Positions 12,443 through 25,200 are shown, counted from the first letter of the whole stretch. The stretch: DNA of 63,939 nucleotides, filler included, from Octopus bimaculoides (GCF_001194135.2; 7 parts of 6 records of this genome joined end to end with filler, not necessarily neighbours in it); one strand, 5' to 3'. Numbers and translations are program-made. Notes: generated by a model from the sequence alone, not told the origin.

Positions 12443-13310
12443 TCTGTTTATCTATCTATCTATTTACCTGTACTCTGTCAATCTTTTTAACTACCTTTAC
12501 CAGCCTGTCGATGCACACGCATGCGCGTAAACATTCTCACACATACATATGCGCGCGTGTGTTTGATGAAGAAAAAGACGTGCATAGATATCTTGAGAGG
12601 TTTGGAGAGGCAGTGCTAAGGTTGAGTTTTGAAGCACATGTATACGCAACCGGAACGCCAACATAGTTTGGTGTAATTTCGTATCTTGTAACGTCTTAGG
12701 AAAGTACGAGAATTCTCTCACTCTCATCCGCCGTATTACAAATTTGGAGCTAACGGATTGCACAAGTGAAATTCGAAACCACTCTAAGAGGTCGGCAATT
12801 TCATTGGCTGACAGGGATCGAGAAAAATGCGTCACACCTAATACATACGACCCATGATAAGCGAATTTCAAAACTAGGAAGGAAATGTTTGCATTAAGTT
12901 TTGGTAGGTCACTGCAGAAATGCAAAGCTGTCGTATAGGTATGCATATAAATAATTACTCACCTACCTGGTTATAACTCACTCAATAAGAACTCACTACT
13001 TGAATAGACCATAAACAAAACTTGACAGCAAAAAGGATTTAGATAATCCTATCAGGTGGTGCTATTAAGTTAGACATGGCCTGGACCAATCTTTGGTCGA
13101 AACATATCTAATTTTTATCTAAGATTTTATATATGTATATATAAATTACATATAAATAATAATAATAATAATAATAACATATAAAGGCAAGTATATGTAT
13201 ATGCATAGACACGTACATACATACACACACACTTGTTTACATATATTATCTCATTTGCACATCAACTTTCGATGTATATATATATATATATACACAGACA
13301 TATATATATT

Positions 13311-13359
<49 letters not shown>

Positions 13360-13567
13360 TGTATTTAGAATATATATTTCAATAATTTAAAGATACACAT
13401 GAATACATTCTTAAAATGTCTTCCTAATCTTTCCTTGCCTAAGTAATCATTTATATACAAGCCTAGAATTGTGATGCATGTCGGTTTTCACGTTTAGGAC
13501 CGCATTCGAATACAACTAAAATTCTTGTGTATTTTTCCGTAATAATTTGTGCCATTGTATATAACAG

Positions 13568-13635
13568 CCAACTTGTTCTCTCAAGAACAATTGGCCGAAG
13601 ATCGGAAACGAGAACTTCGACGTAACAATGTGTGA
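13568..13635 (+). CDS. Possible terminal coding exon (xNLFSQEQLAEDRKRELRRNNV*)
   Basis: TATAACAG acceptor, charged helical-looking peptide, stop codon; no upstream partner exon found. Confidence 0.25.
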
Positions 13636-13865
13636 AACTTTTCCGTTTCCTTGGTAATTCATTCTGCAGATCTATCTTTTGCATTCAATATTTGCTTTTC
13701 CGCCTTTTGTTTACATGATTCTTATGTGAAAATATATATTACCCCCAAAACATTACTATTACTATGTAATAGTAATGAAATGCTGGCGATTTGTATGTGT
13801 GCTGTGCATGTGTACGGTTGCCCGTATGGATGGATATTTATACATGGATATATTTATACATACGG

Positions 13866-14022
<157 letters not shown>

Positions 14023-14224
14023 TACCTGATTAAATTCTAGATTTCTATTGTAGAACAATAATATCAAATAAATGAGATGAATTTCCGTTTATCCATACAA
14101 TAAAGTAAACTTGATACGGACCGTATTTCATTAATTGATAGCTATATATTACTTAATGGTGGAATTAAGCATACATACATGCGCACACACACACACCCAC
14201 TCATACACACCCACCCAACCACAA

Positions 14225-14258
<34 letters not shown>

Positions 14259-14261
14259 GCG

Positions 14262-14356
14262 CAGGCTTCCCTGTATAGTAAGAAGGTTGTTTCCCAACGA
14301 CACGGTTCTATGTTCAATCCACTGCGTGACACTTTGGGAGAAGACCGTCGTGAGTG

Positions 14357-14403
<47 letters not shown>

Positions 14404-14655
14404 ACATATACATGCATCAATATACGTATATGTCTATATGTCTGTGTGATTTTGCGTCTGTGACTCCACGACCGCTTCAAAGCTGGTGTTGATTTGTTTA
14501 TGGCCTAGTAACTTATTAGTTTGGTAATAGGTGACCGATAGAATATATACCAGGCTTAAAATAAAAGTAAGGATTGGATCGATTCCTTTGATCAAAATTA
14601 TTCAAGACGGTGCTCCTGCATGGCCGCAGTCTGATAAGTGAAACAAGTAGAAGAT
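14262..14655 (+). mobile_element. SINE family B copy
   Basis: Colinear with 1588-1978, including the TG tract and GAAACAAGTAGAAGA end. Confidence 0.75.
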
Positions 14656-14851
14656 TTTAATCAAGATATGTATGTATGTTTATATAAATGCTATTGGTGA
14701 ATTTATTTAGGCTACTTCTAGTAAAGTAGTGTGGTTAATACTGTACTTATAAGTATTTCTTATAAGTACTATTATGATGTACAGATCAAATATAGGAAAA
14801 CATATGACAACCAGATGATGCAATTTATACCACTTGTTCCTTACACACGTT

Positions 14852-14870
14852 TGGCCACTAGGTGGCATCC
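14852..14870 (+). promoter_or_regulatory. CTCF-like binding motif TGGCCACTAGGTGGCATC
   Basis: Matches the CCACYAGGKGGCR core; lies in non-repeat sequence about 460 bp upstream of the ATG at 15333. Confidence 0.55.
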
Positions 14871-15332
14871 TCTGCAGTGGGAGCTCATAACGCAGTTGGA
14901 TACATATAAATAACAGCTCATCAGCGTAACACATTATTACGTTGTTTTGACACAGATTGCACGCACACGTACATGTGTATTTCAGAGAGAGAGAAAGTGT
15001 GTGTGTGTGTGTGTGTGTATGTGTGTGTGTGTGTGTGTGTGCACATGTATGTGTGTGTGTGTATGTGTGTTTGTGTGTGTATACCGAAGCAAAAATCAGA
15101 GGAAACACTGCAGACCGTTCGTGGCTGTGATTATAGTTACTGATATTCATATCTTTATTTCGGATTCCAAAATATAATTTAAGAATATGTTTTATCGGAA
15201 AGCATATCTCTGTTGATTATGTCATGTCTTAAAATAAATTTCAGAACTAAATCATTATTATATTCTGTTGAGAAATTTGATGAAGATTATTGTATTTCCA
15301 AACTGTAGAACAAAAGATATTTCACTTTTTAA

Positions 15333-15398
15333 ATGTATTTTCAATCCAGTTCCATAGTCTTAACTTTTTTTGTTATTTGTATTGAGATGGTGACTTGC
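15333..15398 (+). CDS. Exon 1 of a putative secreted protein (signal peptide MYFQSSSIVLTFFVICIEMVTC)
   Basis: ATG, hydrophobic core, donor GTGCGT in phase 0 matching exon 2. Confidence 0.55.
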
Positions 15399-15647
15399 GT
15401 GCGTAGCAGTGTATCATTTTCTCTATTCAAAATATTTATTGAGCCAGTGAAACTGTGAATGCAAGTGTAACTAATCTTAACAGTAAGCTTATTGAAATTC
15501 GTTTTTTCGAACATATCATCTATGAGAAAATTTTTATTCATTAAGTTTAGAACACATCTTACGATACGAAAAGTGGCATTTAACGTTACCAAAGATTTGA
15601 AAAGAACTAACCTTTTCACTCCAAATCAATCACTCACTGTCTTAATA

Positions 15648-15698
<51 letters not shown>

Positions 15699-15849
15699 AT
15701 ATGCACATTCATTCATAAATATATACATAGATATATATAAACATATATATGTATATGAATGTTGGTATATATGTGTATGTGTGCGTTTGTGTTCCTGAGC
15801 TTGTATAGGGCATTTAAAATGAAACTGACAATTTGTCTACCAATTCCAG

Positions 15850-15953
15850 CTTCCTTGTATTATATATCGACACAGAAATACTGCTGGAACATTCCCATCA
15901 AAACATCAGTCAGTCCAGTATAAGTATAAGAGGCCGGACATGGATTTCGTTAT
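15850..15953 (+). CDS. Exon 2 (LPCIIYRHRNTAGTFPSKHQSVQYKYKRPDMDFV)
   Basis: TTCCAG acceptor (alternative CACAG gives start 15876), open frame, donor GTACGT, phase 0 to 2. Confidence 0.65.
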
Positions 15954-16131
15954 GTACGTTCTAGCTTTGGAACTTTATATCTTTGTTAGAATCCAACTCC
16001 TTTCTCAAAGGCAAAGATATCACCATTGCGCTGCTTTCTATATAATTGTTGTGTCTGTTAGAAATAGTAAACTTACCAGTTCAATTCATACTCATCTGTT
16101 ATAAAAGAATAACATTATAAACAACAATCAG

Positions 16132-16191
16132 TTCAAAGAAGGCTGATGGGAGCTTAAAATACACTTGCACCTATATCAAAACAATGAAACG
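16132..16191 (+). CDS. Exon 3 (SKKADGSLKYTCTYIKTMK)
   Basis: CAG acceptor (A-rich tract), donor GTAAAG, phase 2 to 2, 60 nt. Confidence 0.6.
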
Positions 16192-16408
16192 GTAAAGGTC
16201 TAGAAACTTTAGCTTACGTGGAAATTTCAAGTTTCAAATGATATCGTAAAAATCAGGCCAGAATGTATGGAAAAAACTTGAATAAATAGATAAATACGAG
16301 GCTCTGGCACATATTCGATAAGTGTGTAAATTATAAATTACAGAATATTAAGTCCTTTCCAGTGTTCTGTTACATTGAATTTTTGGGGATATGTTTTCAT
16401 TTTGTTAG

Positions 16409-16498
16409 ATATGGAGGATTGAACTATATGCTATTGGATGAAGAGACGACAACGTACCACGGAACCACAACGTTATTCAAGCCACTCGATCACCCTTA
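16409..16498 (+). CDS. Exon 4 (YGGLNYMLLDEETTTYHGTTTLFKPLDHP)
   Basis: Strong TTTTCATTTTGTTAG acceptor and GTAAGC donor, phase 2 to 2, 90 nt. Confidence 0.75.
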
Positions 16499-16594
16499 GT
16501 AAGCTGTAACACACCTTTGTGCTATTCAGTGCTTCCGTCTGACAAAACCATAAAACCATCATGAATACTTATATAAATACATACATGCATATGT

Positions 16595-16655
<61 letters not shown>

Positions 16656-17189
16656 NNNNNNNNNNNNNNNNNNNNNNNNNNNNNNNNNNNNNNNNNNNNN
16701 NNNNNNNNNNNNNNNNNNNNNNNNNNNNNNNNNNNNNNNNNNNNNNNNNNNNNNNNNNNNNNNNNNNNNNNNNNNNNNNNNNNNNNNNNNNNNNNNNNNN
16801 NNNNNNNNNNNNNNNNNNNNNNNNNNNNNNNNNNNNNNNNNNNNNNNNNNNNNNNNNNNNNNNNNNNNNNNNNNNNNNNNNNNNNNNNNNNNNNNNNNNN
16901 NNNNNNNNNNNNNNNNNNNNNNNNNNNNNNNNNNNNNNNNNNNNNNNNNNNNNNNNNNNNNNNNNNNNNNNNNNNNNNNNNNNNNNNNNNNNNNNNNNNN
17001 NNNNNNNNNNNNNNNNNNNNNNNNNNNNNNNNNNNNNNNNNNNNNNNNNNNNNNNNNNNNNNNNNNNNNNNNNNNNNNNNNNNNNNNNNNNNNNNNNNNN
17101 NNNNNNNNNNNNNNNNNNNNNNNNNNNNNNNNNNNNNNNNNNNNNNNNNNNNNNNNNNNNNNNNNNNNNNNNNNNNNNNNNNNNNNNNN

Positions 17190-17230
<41 letters not shown>

Positions 17231-17526
17231 GTATATATTTATATTTATATATATATATATGTATCTATATGCATATATACATTATATACTATATATATGT
17301 ATATATTTATATGTATGTATATATATATACTTATATATATATATACTATTTATATTATATATATATATACATACATACAGGTGTGTATGTGTATATATAT
17401 ATTTGTATATTCATACACACATACACACATGTATGTATGTATATACATATATATGTGTGTGTATATATATGTATATGTATATATATAAGCATATATATAT
17501 ATTGATATTTATATATACATTTATAT

Positions 17527-17570
<44 letters not shown>

Positions 17571-17579
17571 ATATATATA

Positions 17580-17679
17580 NNNNNNNNNNNNNNNNNNNNN
17601 NNNNNNNNNNNNNNNNNNNNNNNTTAATTAATTAANNNNNNNNNNNNNNNNNNNNNNNNNNNNNNNNNNNNNNNNNNNN
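17580..17679. other. Artificial contig-joining linker
   Basis: 44N-TTAATTAATTAA-44N. Confidence 0.95.
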
Positions 17680-17865
17680 CCTGCTTGCTTTCATATCATG
17701 TGACAGTTTCATGTGAGAGTTATGGACATGCAAGCAGTGTCCATGTCCAATCTTCTGTGACAAGTGAAGGTTGGCAACAGGAACAACATCCAGCTGTAGA
17801 AAATCTGCCTCAAGAAATACCATCTGACCCATGCAAACATGAGAAAGTGGATGTTAAATGATGAT
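17680..17865 (+). mobile_element. SINE 3' part with an RTE-like tail
   Basis: CATCCAGCTGTAGAAA...CCCATGC...GGATGTTAAATGATGATG, matching the RTE 3' end. Confidence 0.7.
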
Positions 17866-18806
17866 GTATGTGCTTCTTTAGTGTATGCCATATCACTCAT
17901 GGGTGTCGACTGCAACATGAAAGCAAAATTGTGTGTTAGATGTTATCGCATGTATTTCTTTATTTCTTTGTGCCAACTCCGAGACAGTGCACAGTCCTGT
18001 GACCTGCAAAGTTCACAGATATGTCATGCATATCTGTGACCACCAGTCTTGAACATCCCCATCGTGTTACAGGAAGAAAAAAAACATAGTAACAGATTGA
18101 TCTATTTGATGAAAACAGTGGCCTACAAGTTTTAGTTGTCTTTCATTATCTGGCTGATGGACAGGAAAGATCCATATAAGGACTTGTTTGGTATATGGTC
18201 GGCATAAGAGATGTTAAAAGCTTTGCACAAAAGTTGAGTGTATGTACCATCTTGTGATCCTTATCAGGCCACCATAAGAAACCAGCATTCAAAAGCATAG
18301 AATAGAACAGCGGTCAGGTGCAGAATATCCTGCTATTGGTACCATGTAACCCAGTACTACCTGTTTGATGGTCAGGTAGTCAACAACTAAACTGGCTCCT
18401 CCACCTAGCTTTCCAGGGGAGGAGGTTGTTGTGGACACTCTGCAGGACAAAAAACAACACTTGTCAAAGGACAGATGAGCTCATAGTAATCTAATGGCCA
18501 TCCACAAACACGGTGTCTTTTAAAAACATCATGTGGGCTGGTAAACGTTGCAGCTGGTCCAAGACCATAGCCACAAAAACTCCAATATAAGTACTAAGAA
18601 AACAATGTTGACCACCAAATACAAAAACAAAATGGGTTTAATTTTGTATAAATACACTGAATATGTTGTAACTGTTTCTAATTGTATGGAGAATGTCATT
18701 TTTAAATGACAAACTATAAGAAATAATTAGAATGGATTATACAAAACCATACTGAGATCAGTGTCTTCATCATGGTTCTTACAATGGTCAGATCTAACCA
18801 TTATAC

Positions 18807-18836
18807 CTTTCAAACTTCTTCAACTGCTTGTCATAT
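18807..18836 (-). CDS. Candidate small exon (YDKQLKKFE) of the minus-strand gene
   Basis: CATTTTAACAG acceptor; GTATAA donor or read-through to a TAG stop; only one frame open; no phase link to the chain established. Confidence 0.3.
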
Positions 18837-19139
18837 CTGTTAAAATGCTTGGAATTTCAAACTGAATTCTTCATTCAAACCACAAGAATTAATTAGATTA
18901 ACTCTTGAAGCTGCGATGTCACTTGTTCTATTTAAACTAGAGTGAGTGTGTGTGTGTGTGTGTATACACACATGCACACACATGACTGCCCCAGAGATTG
19001 AAGTCACACCTACTAATCAAGCTGCAACATTTAACACATATTCACAATGTTATTGTCCTGTGGAGCAATTAGGGAATAGAAATTTCCATCCAACCAAGAT
19101 GAGGACAATAACCTCAATAAATCAATGAATAATAATAAT

Positions 19140-19335
19140 AATAATCCTTTCTGCTGGTGGCACAAGAGCTCAAATTTGTGGGGTGGACACTATATTGACC
19201 CCAGTGTTCCACTGGTACTTAATTTACTGACCCCGAAAGGATGAAAGTCAAAGTTGACCTTGGTGGAATTTGAACTCAGAACGTAAGGACAGATGAAATG
19301 CCACTAAGCATTTTGCCAGTTCTGCTAGCTTGCAA
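19140..19335 (-). mobile_element. SINE family A
   Basis: GACCCCGAAAGGATGAAAGTCAAAGTTGACC...GAATTTGAACTCAGAAC. Confidence 0.8.
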
Positions 19336-19337
19336 CC

Positions 19338-19380
<43 letters not shown>

Positions 19381-19383
<3 letters not shown>

Positions 19384-19778
19384 GCACTGGCTCTCATGGC
19401 ATCTGATCTTAATTGATTGGAAGTGTTATCATGTACATTATTTTGTCTTGGTATAAAAAAAGATGGGCTGTAGCAAATATTCTGCTCAATACCACAGATT
19501 TGCTTGTCACTTGTTTGACCGTAACCAGTTGAGCATGTCCCTTGCTGGCTGATGATATGTGCATCTCTGATCACGAGCAGAAGTAGTGGGGGAGCATCAT
19601 AGCCATGTGTCAAAAGAAATTCTTTGTTGGTTTGAATAATTCACCTCTGGAAAACATGGGCGTTTCGTTCAACATCCTTAAATAACCCTTATTCAGGGAC
19701 GTTTTGAGCGGGATGGGTTATCCCACCTGAAGAAAACTTGGCCCCACCTACAAGGTCATGTGCTATTTATCTTGATAT
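19381..19778 (+). mobile_element. (AAT)n-associated repeat, probable 5'-truncated Dong-type LINE 3' UTR
   Basis: Begins immediately after (AAT)n at 19338-19380; homologous to 12213-12442 and 2755-2925. Confidence 0.75.
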
Positions 19779-20772
19779 TCAAATAACTGGTTCTTTAAGT
19801 AGAAGGGAAAGGAAAATATCTTGAGGGACAAGTTTTACTATTAACGTAATTAGCAGATCAAACTGGTCAGTCACAGACCATGGAAATTACACACATTCTT
19901 TTACAACCATCCTGTTTATGGTAGATGTGAAATTGTTGGCATTATTTGAAATGAGCTTACTAGACTTTGATCTTTGCCAGGCAAGCTAGCAGAATCATAA
20001 GAGTATTGGATAAAAGGCTAGCATGCTAGCGTGTCCTTCAGTTTTGAGTTCAAATCTTACCCAAGTCAATTTTGCCTTTCAATGGTATCTATTTATCCAA
20101 TCTCCACATGAGTTTTATTTTAGATCATTCCAGATCTGAATAGAGCAGATTTCTTCCAGAAAAAGGGAGAAAATTAAGAGTGGGGAAAAGTGAAGAATCA
20201 GCCTCAGTACATGACTGGTACTCTGAAAGGATGCAGACACAGCTTACTCAACAGGATTTGAATTTAGAATACAGGCACTCAAAACAATTGCTGCAGAGCA
20301 ATTTATCCAGCACTTTAATTCTTGGTCTACAGCACACTACTGCTGGATGTCAACCCCAACTTGGGAGCAAATTTCCCTCCAGGGGCAGTGAATGTGCATG
20401 TGTGTCTGTGCATGGATGTGTACATGTAAAACCCAAATGTTGAATATTAAACAATGATTTGATATAGAGGGAATGCCAAACCTTCAAAGGTTGATCCTAT
20501 CCAGTTATCAGCAGAGATTTTAATAATATAAAAAAGGATTTGAAATGTTTTTAAAGTTTTTGCTAATTAAAAAATTAATTAAAAATAAATTCTACCAAAT
20601 GTTCATTACAGTGGTTTGTGTAGGAAGCTAGAAATATGTCCACCAAAGTATTTATTCTTAAAACTTTTGAATAATCAATGTGTCATAATAGTACTTAACG
20701 AATAGTGAAATCACACTATAAATGTGTAAACTAATTGATTTCTGAATGAATTAAAAGAGCAGATGAAATTAC

Positions 20773-20805
20773 TTCTGAGTATTGATTCTGCTTTAAAGTT
20801 TGAAT
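20773..20805 (-). CDS. Candidate exon (IQTLKQNQYSE)
   Basis: ACACTTTTAG acceptor, GTAATT donor, phase 0 to 0, compatible with 23015-23080. Confidence 0.35.
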
Positions 20806-20959
20806 CTAAAAGTGTTCAATAATAAACAAAGTAAAAGATAAAACATGATATGTAAATTAAATTTACATGTTTAAAAAAAAGATATTTTTCGATAAACAGA
20901 AAAGAGACGAAAGAAGCCCCAAAGTGCTAAAACCATTCTAGAAAGGTGCCAAGAGTCTG

Positions 20960-22930
20960 ATGTAAAATAAATTGTTCTTTGTATTTATTTGCTTCATAGC
21001 AAAGTTCTTCAAGAAAGAAGACGTATCATTATATCCACTGTCCCTGTCTTTTGCAGTTCTCTTCTTTCTTTCTGCTTCCTTCCACATCCATTACATGTTT
21101 ATTCCGATGCTGTATGAATCTCTCTCTTGCACATTAACATCTTGTTCCTCTTGAAAACAGGTTTCTTCTCCTCTTCACGCATCAGTACCTCTTCCTTCAT
21201 GCAAACTAACATTACACAGGTCAGCACATCATGCTTGTGTCATTTCTTTTTTTTTTACTTTTGCACAGCTTTTGCAGGGCCCACATCTCACTACCATGCA
21301 GCATTAGAGTTCGTACACATGCATCATACAATCTATTCTCTGGTCAGAGAGAGAAAAAGCGCTGTTATTGTAGAAGTAATAGCATGCAGAACTTACACAA
21401 GCCCCTATTTTTATTTCATGCTTTCAGAACAATGCCTCCCTTTATTGCTGATTAGCAATCAGCAACATCTTTGGACCTTCTGAGCATGACAAAGATTTTA
21501 TTTTATTGATGCTTTGAAGGATCACAATTCCAAACAAAGACTTTGGTCATTGTCAACTTGTCTTTGGTTCCATTATATTTGTTGCGTACTCATAGATCAC
21601 ACTGAGTACACAAAGTGATATTTAATCGGATTCCTTTTTCTGCATATTTACAGTAAGGCATCAGTCTTGTCTTCTTTCCTCCTGAAAGGAAAATTTAAAT
21701 CTTTGCTAAATTTACTCTCAAGTCTTGAGCCTAGGTTTTATTTCCATGTCTGGAATTTCTTCTCTAAATACTCACAGTTTCTATTATAAGGATCAGTACT
21801 TTACCACATGGAAGTTCTTCCCATTGGCAGTCAGTCTTAAACTCCACAGTTATGACTATAAGAGATAAGAGGGGACTCGGGACTGAGCATTATATCTGCT
21901 TGCACTCTAAATTCCTCACTGAATTCATTGCCAACCCTCATTTAATTCACTCTGTTCATAGCTTGCACCTACTCAGAGTTTTCTTAGCAACCACCAGACA
22001 AGTGAACATAGTATTCAATCAAAAACCATCTATGGACTAATGAATGCTAGATAGAGAGGTTCAGTCTTGATTAGAAATATCTCTTGCAACTGTCTGACTA
22101 CAAAGAGTACATCAATGGTACTATGTCCTGGGACAAATCCAAACTGTGTTGTATGACACCTACCTGAATTACGGTATTTGATGGCATATAAGATGCATTC
22201 CCTATACCCCCAGGTCTCAAAGCAAACAAACAAAAAAAACCTACCCTGGGTCTTGTGTGTGAAGTTGGGGCCTATAATACATGCTTTAATGCACTAAAGA
22301 CATTTTTCTCCTGAAAATGTGTTGTGGAAATTGGGATGCATGTAATATGCCTGTACATCTTTTATGCTGTCAAATATGGTGTTTGGTTGACAATGTGGGT
22401 AACTAGCATGAAGCCTGTTTCACCAGCTGTTTTCAGCATATCACCAACTACACCAGATGCTTCTTGATTTTCATATACTTGATTGCCATTTTCACCATAT
22501 AACTGTCTACCTTAAATGCTGGTCTCTCTGCTGAATATGGTTCAAGAACTTCATTAGTCTCCACCTTTTTTGCATCTCAATCCATCCAACTCTTATCACC
22601 TTCATTGGGTGATATATTCATCACCAGGGAAACAATACAAACAACCATCAGTCTTCTAGCTCATTTCCTAGTGAGAATGAAATCTATCTAGCTTGCGTGT
22701 TCACCTGACTGGAAAGTGACAAAGGTGCTGATTGCTTTCCTGGAGTTTATGTTGCAGCTAATTGACTTGCATAGCAGAACTGTGTTTTGATTCCTCCTCA
22801 TTTCTAGAATCACATCTGCATCCAGAGCCAACTTACTCTACAGTAGACAGCATGGAGCTTCCCAACATGTCCCATATTCTTGGAAAGTCCTCTTACAACA
22901 AACTTTTACAAGAACATTTTATATAAATAT
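20960..22930 (-). mobile_element. Old, heavily decayed RTE-clade LINE
   Basis: QFGFVPGHSTIDVLFVVRQLQE..LYLAF (22030-22233); decayed C-terminal MDVEG motif near 21080; boundaries approximate. Confidence 0.7.
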
Positions 22931-23014
22931 ATATTCTAATATACCTGTATTAAAAACTGAAAAAAGATGTACATTGCTCATTATTTAGGTAAATGTCTGC
23001 CTTAGAAAACCTAC

Positions 23015-23080
23015 CAGTTGTAGGATTATAGAAATCTGTTCATGAAGAGTTGAACATTGTAAAATTTTCCAGTTGGTAAC
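23015..23080 (-). CDS. Exon of an unidentified protein (VTNWKILQCSTLHEQISIILQL)
   Basis: TTTTGATCTAG acceptor, GTAGGT donor; only phase 0 is open, matching the phase-0 end of 26461-26575. Confidence 0.6.
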
Positions 23081-23659
23081 CTAGATCAAAACCTTATTAG
23101 GAAAGTTAATATTAAGAAAAGTGTCTGAAACTCAACATTGGAGTGAAGTGAAGGTCATTATCTGCATAAAACATGAAGAATTTTTTTTTTTTTTTTATTA
23201 AATGCCAAAACAGCTTATTTTCAATGAAACGGGCTCCAATCCTACACAACTACACAACCCAAAGTCATTTAACAAATGACAAGTTTCTTGTCACATCTAT
23301 GGTTTTTGTTTTCATTCACACTAAGGAAAGAAATTAACTAAAGCTTTTTATAATTACATAATGAGGACAATCTTTATAGTATATTCCACAGGAAGGGTGA
23401 AAACTAACACCTCAAAAATTAATTACTAGACAGTAACTAAAATAATTAAAGATGCTGAGAAGCATGTGATGAAATTACTAGTTATCTATCAACATTTGTT
23501 TATCACAGCAGGAGATTTATTAAATATTGATAGGAATTAATTAAATGATAATTTGTAATTAAATAAAAGAACATATGGGTTCCAGAAATCTGTGCTAAGT
23601 ACAACTGAGTACTCTAGCAGTAATATTTTGACAATTGAAAATAAATTTCATTTCATTTC

Positions 23660-24985
23660 TGTCTAGCATGGGTTGGACGATTTGACTGAGGACTGGTGGA
23701 CCAGGAGGCGACACCAGGCTCCAATCTGATTTGGCAGAGTTTCTACAGCTGGACACCCTTCCTAACGCCAACCACTCCGAGAGTGTAGTGGGTGCTTTTA
23801 CGTGCCACCTGCACAGGAGCCAGTCCAGCGGCACTGACAACAACCTCACTCGAATGTTTTTTCATGTGCCATCTGCACAAGTGTCAGTAAGGCAATGCTG
23901 GTAATGAACATGTTCAAATGGTGATTTTTACGTGCCACCGGCACGTAACCCAGTCAGCTGTTCTGGCAGAGATCACGCTTGGATAGTGCACTTAGCGCTC
24001 AACTGGCATGGGTACCAGTCATCGAATTTGCGAAGTTGATTTGATTTCAATTTTAATTTCACTTGCCTCAACAGGTCTTCGCAAGTGGAGTTTAGTGTCC
24101 AATGAAGGAAAGGTACACATAAGTGGGATGGTTACACCTCTGGCATAGGCCATGGGTTATGGTCTCACTTGGCTTGCCAGGTCTTCTCATGCACAGCATA
24201 TTTCCAAAGGTCTCGGTCAGTAGTCATTGCCTCAGTGAGGCCTAATGTTCGAAGGTCATGCTTCACCACCTCATCCCAGGTCTTCCTGGGTCTACCTCTT
24301 CCACAGGTTCCCTCAACCGCTAAGGTGTGGCACTTTTTCACACAGCTATCCTCATCTATTCTCGCCACATGACCATACAATCATCTCTCTTGCACACCAC
24401 ATCTGATGCTTCTTAGGTCTAACTTTTCTCTCGAGGCACTTACACTCTGTCGAGTATGAACACTGACATTACACATCCAGCGGAGTATACTGGCTTCATT
24501 CCCTGCGAGCTTATGCATGTCCTCAGCAGAGACGGCCCATGTTTCACTGCCATGTAGCATGGCTGTTCATACACATGCATCATACAGTCTACCTTTTACT
24601 CTGAGCGAGAGGCCCTTTGTCACCAGCAGAGGTAAGAGTTCTCTTAACTTTGCCCAGGCTATTCTTATTCTAGCAGCTACACTTTCAGCGCATCTACCCC
24701 TCACTACTGACTTGTCCCCTAGGTAACGGAAGCTATCAACTACTTCTAGTTTTTCTCCCTGGAATGTGACAGAAGTTGTTCGCTGCACATTTTCAGTGTT
24801 TATTGCTCCTGAACATCTGCTTCAAACAAAAACTATCTTCCCAGTTAGCCTTCCTTTGATATTGCTGCACCTCTTATGTGTCCATAGCTCACACTGGATA
24901 CATCTTATGGAGTTTCTACCTACACCTTTTCTACAGATCGAGCAGGGCCATCTACCTGAAGGGATTTGTGGTTTGTCTGCCTTCC
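23660..24985 (-). mobile_element. RTE-clade LINE, 5'-truncated (ORF C-terminus plus 3' UTR)
   Basis: Cys-rich CSICRKGVG..CIQCELWTHKRC insert; LEVVDSFRYLG; RIRIAWAKLRELLPLL; YGHVAR..VEGTCGRGRPRKTW. Confidence 0.9.
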
Positions 24986-24989
24986 TACT

Positions 24990-25200
24990 TATATATATTA
25001 GTTGAAATTTACAGAAAACCAAAAGACGAAGACAGGTGTATAAACAACAAGCAGGTGTATTAGTCTGACGCTTGGGAAGGTGAGAAAGTGTTTTACGTTT
25101 CGAGCCTACGCTCTTCAACAGAAAGGAACATGAGGAAATAAACAGAGAAAGAACAAAAATACTTTTGGAGTTAGCGGTCAATCATGAAATTATCATAAAT
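24990..25200 (-). mobile_element. Non-coding repeat fragment carrying a hammerhead-like motif (probable Penelope pseudo-LTR remnant)
   Basis: Contains the motif at 25091-25125; family assignment is inference. Confidence 0.45.
25091..25125 (-). ncRNA. Minimal type I hammerhead-like motif, core variant CUGUUGA
   Basis: TTT CTGTTGA A GAGC-GTAG-GCTC GAAA CG TA AAA: 4-bp stem II, palindromic ACGU stem III, 3-bp stem I. Confidence 0.55.

Noticed and set aside
16559-17627. Long ORFs of 122-314 aa
   Set aside because: Made of N gaps and TA repeats (YIYI)
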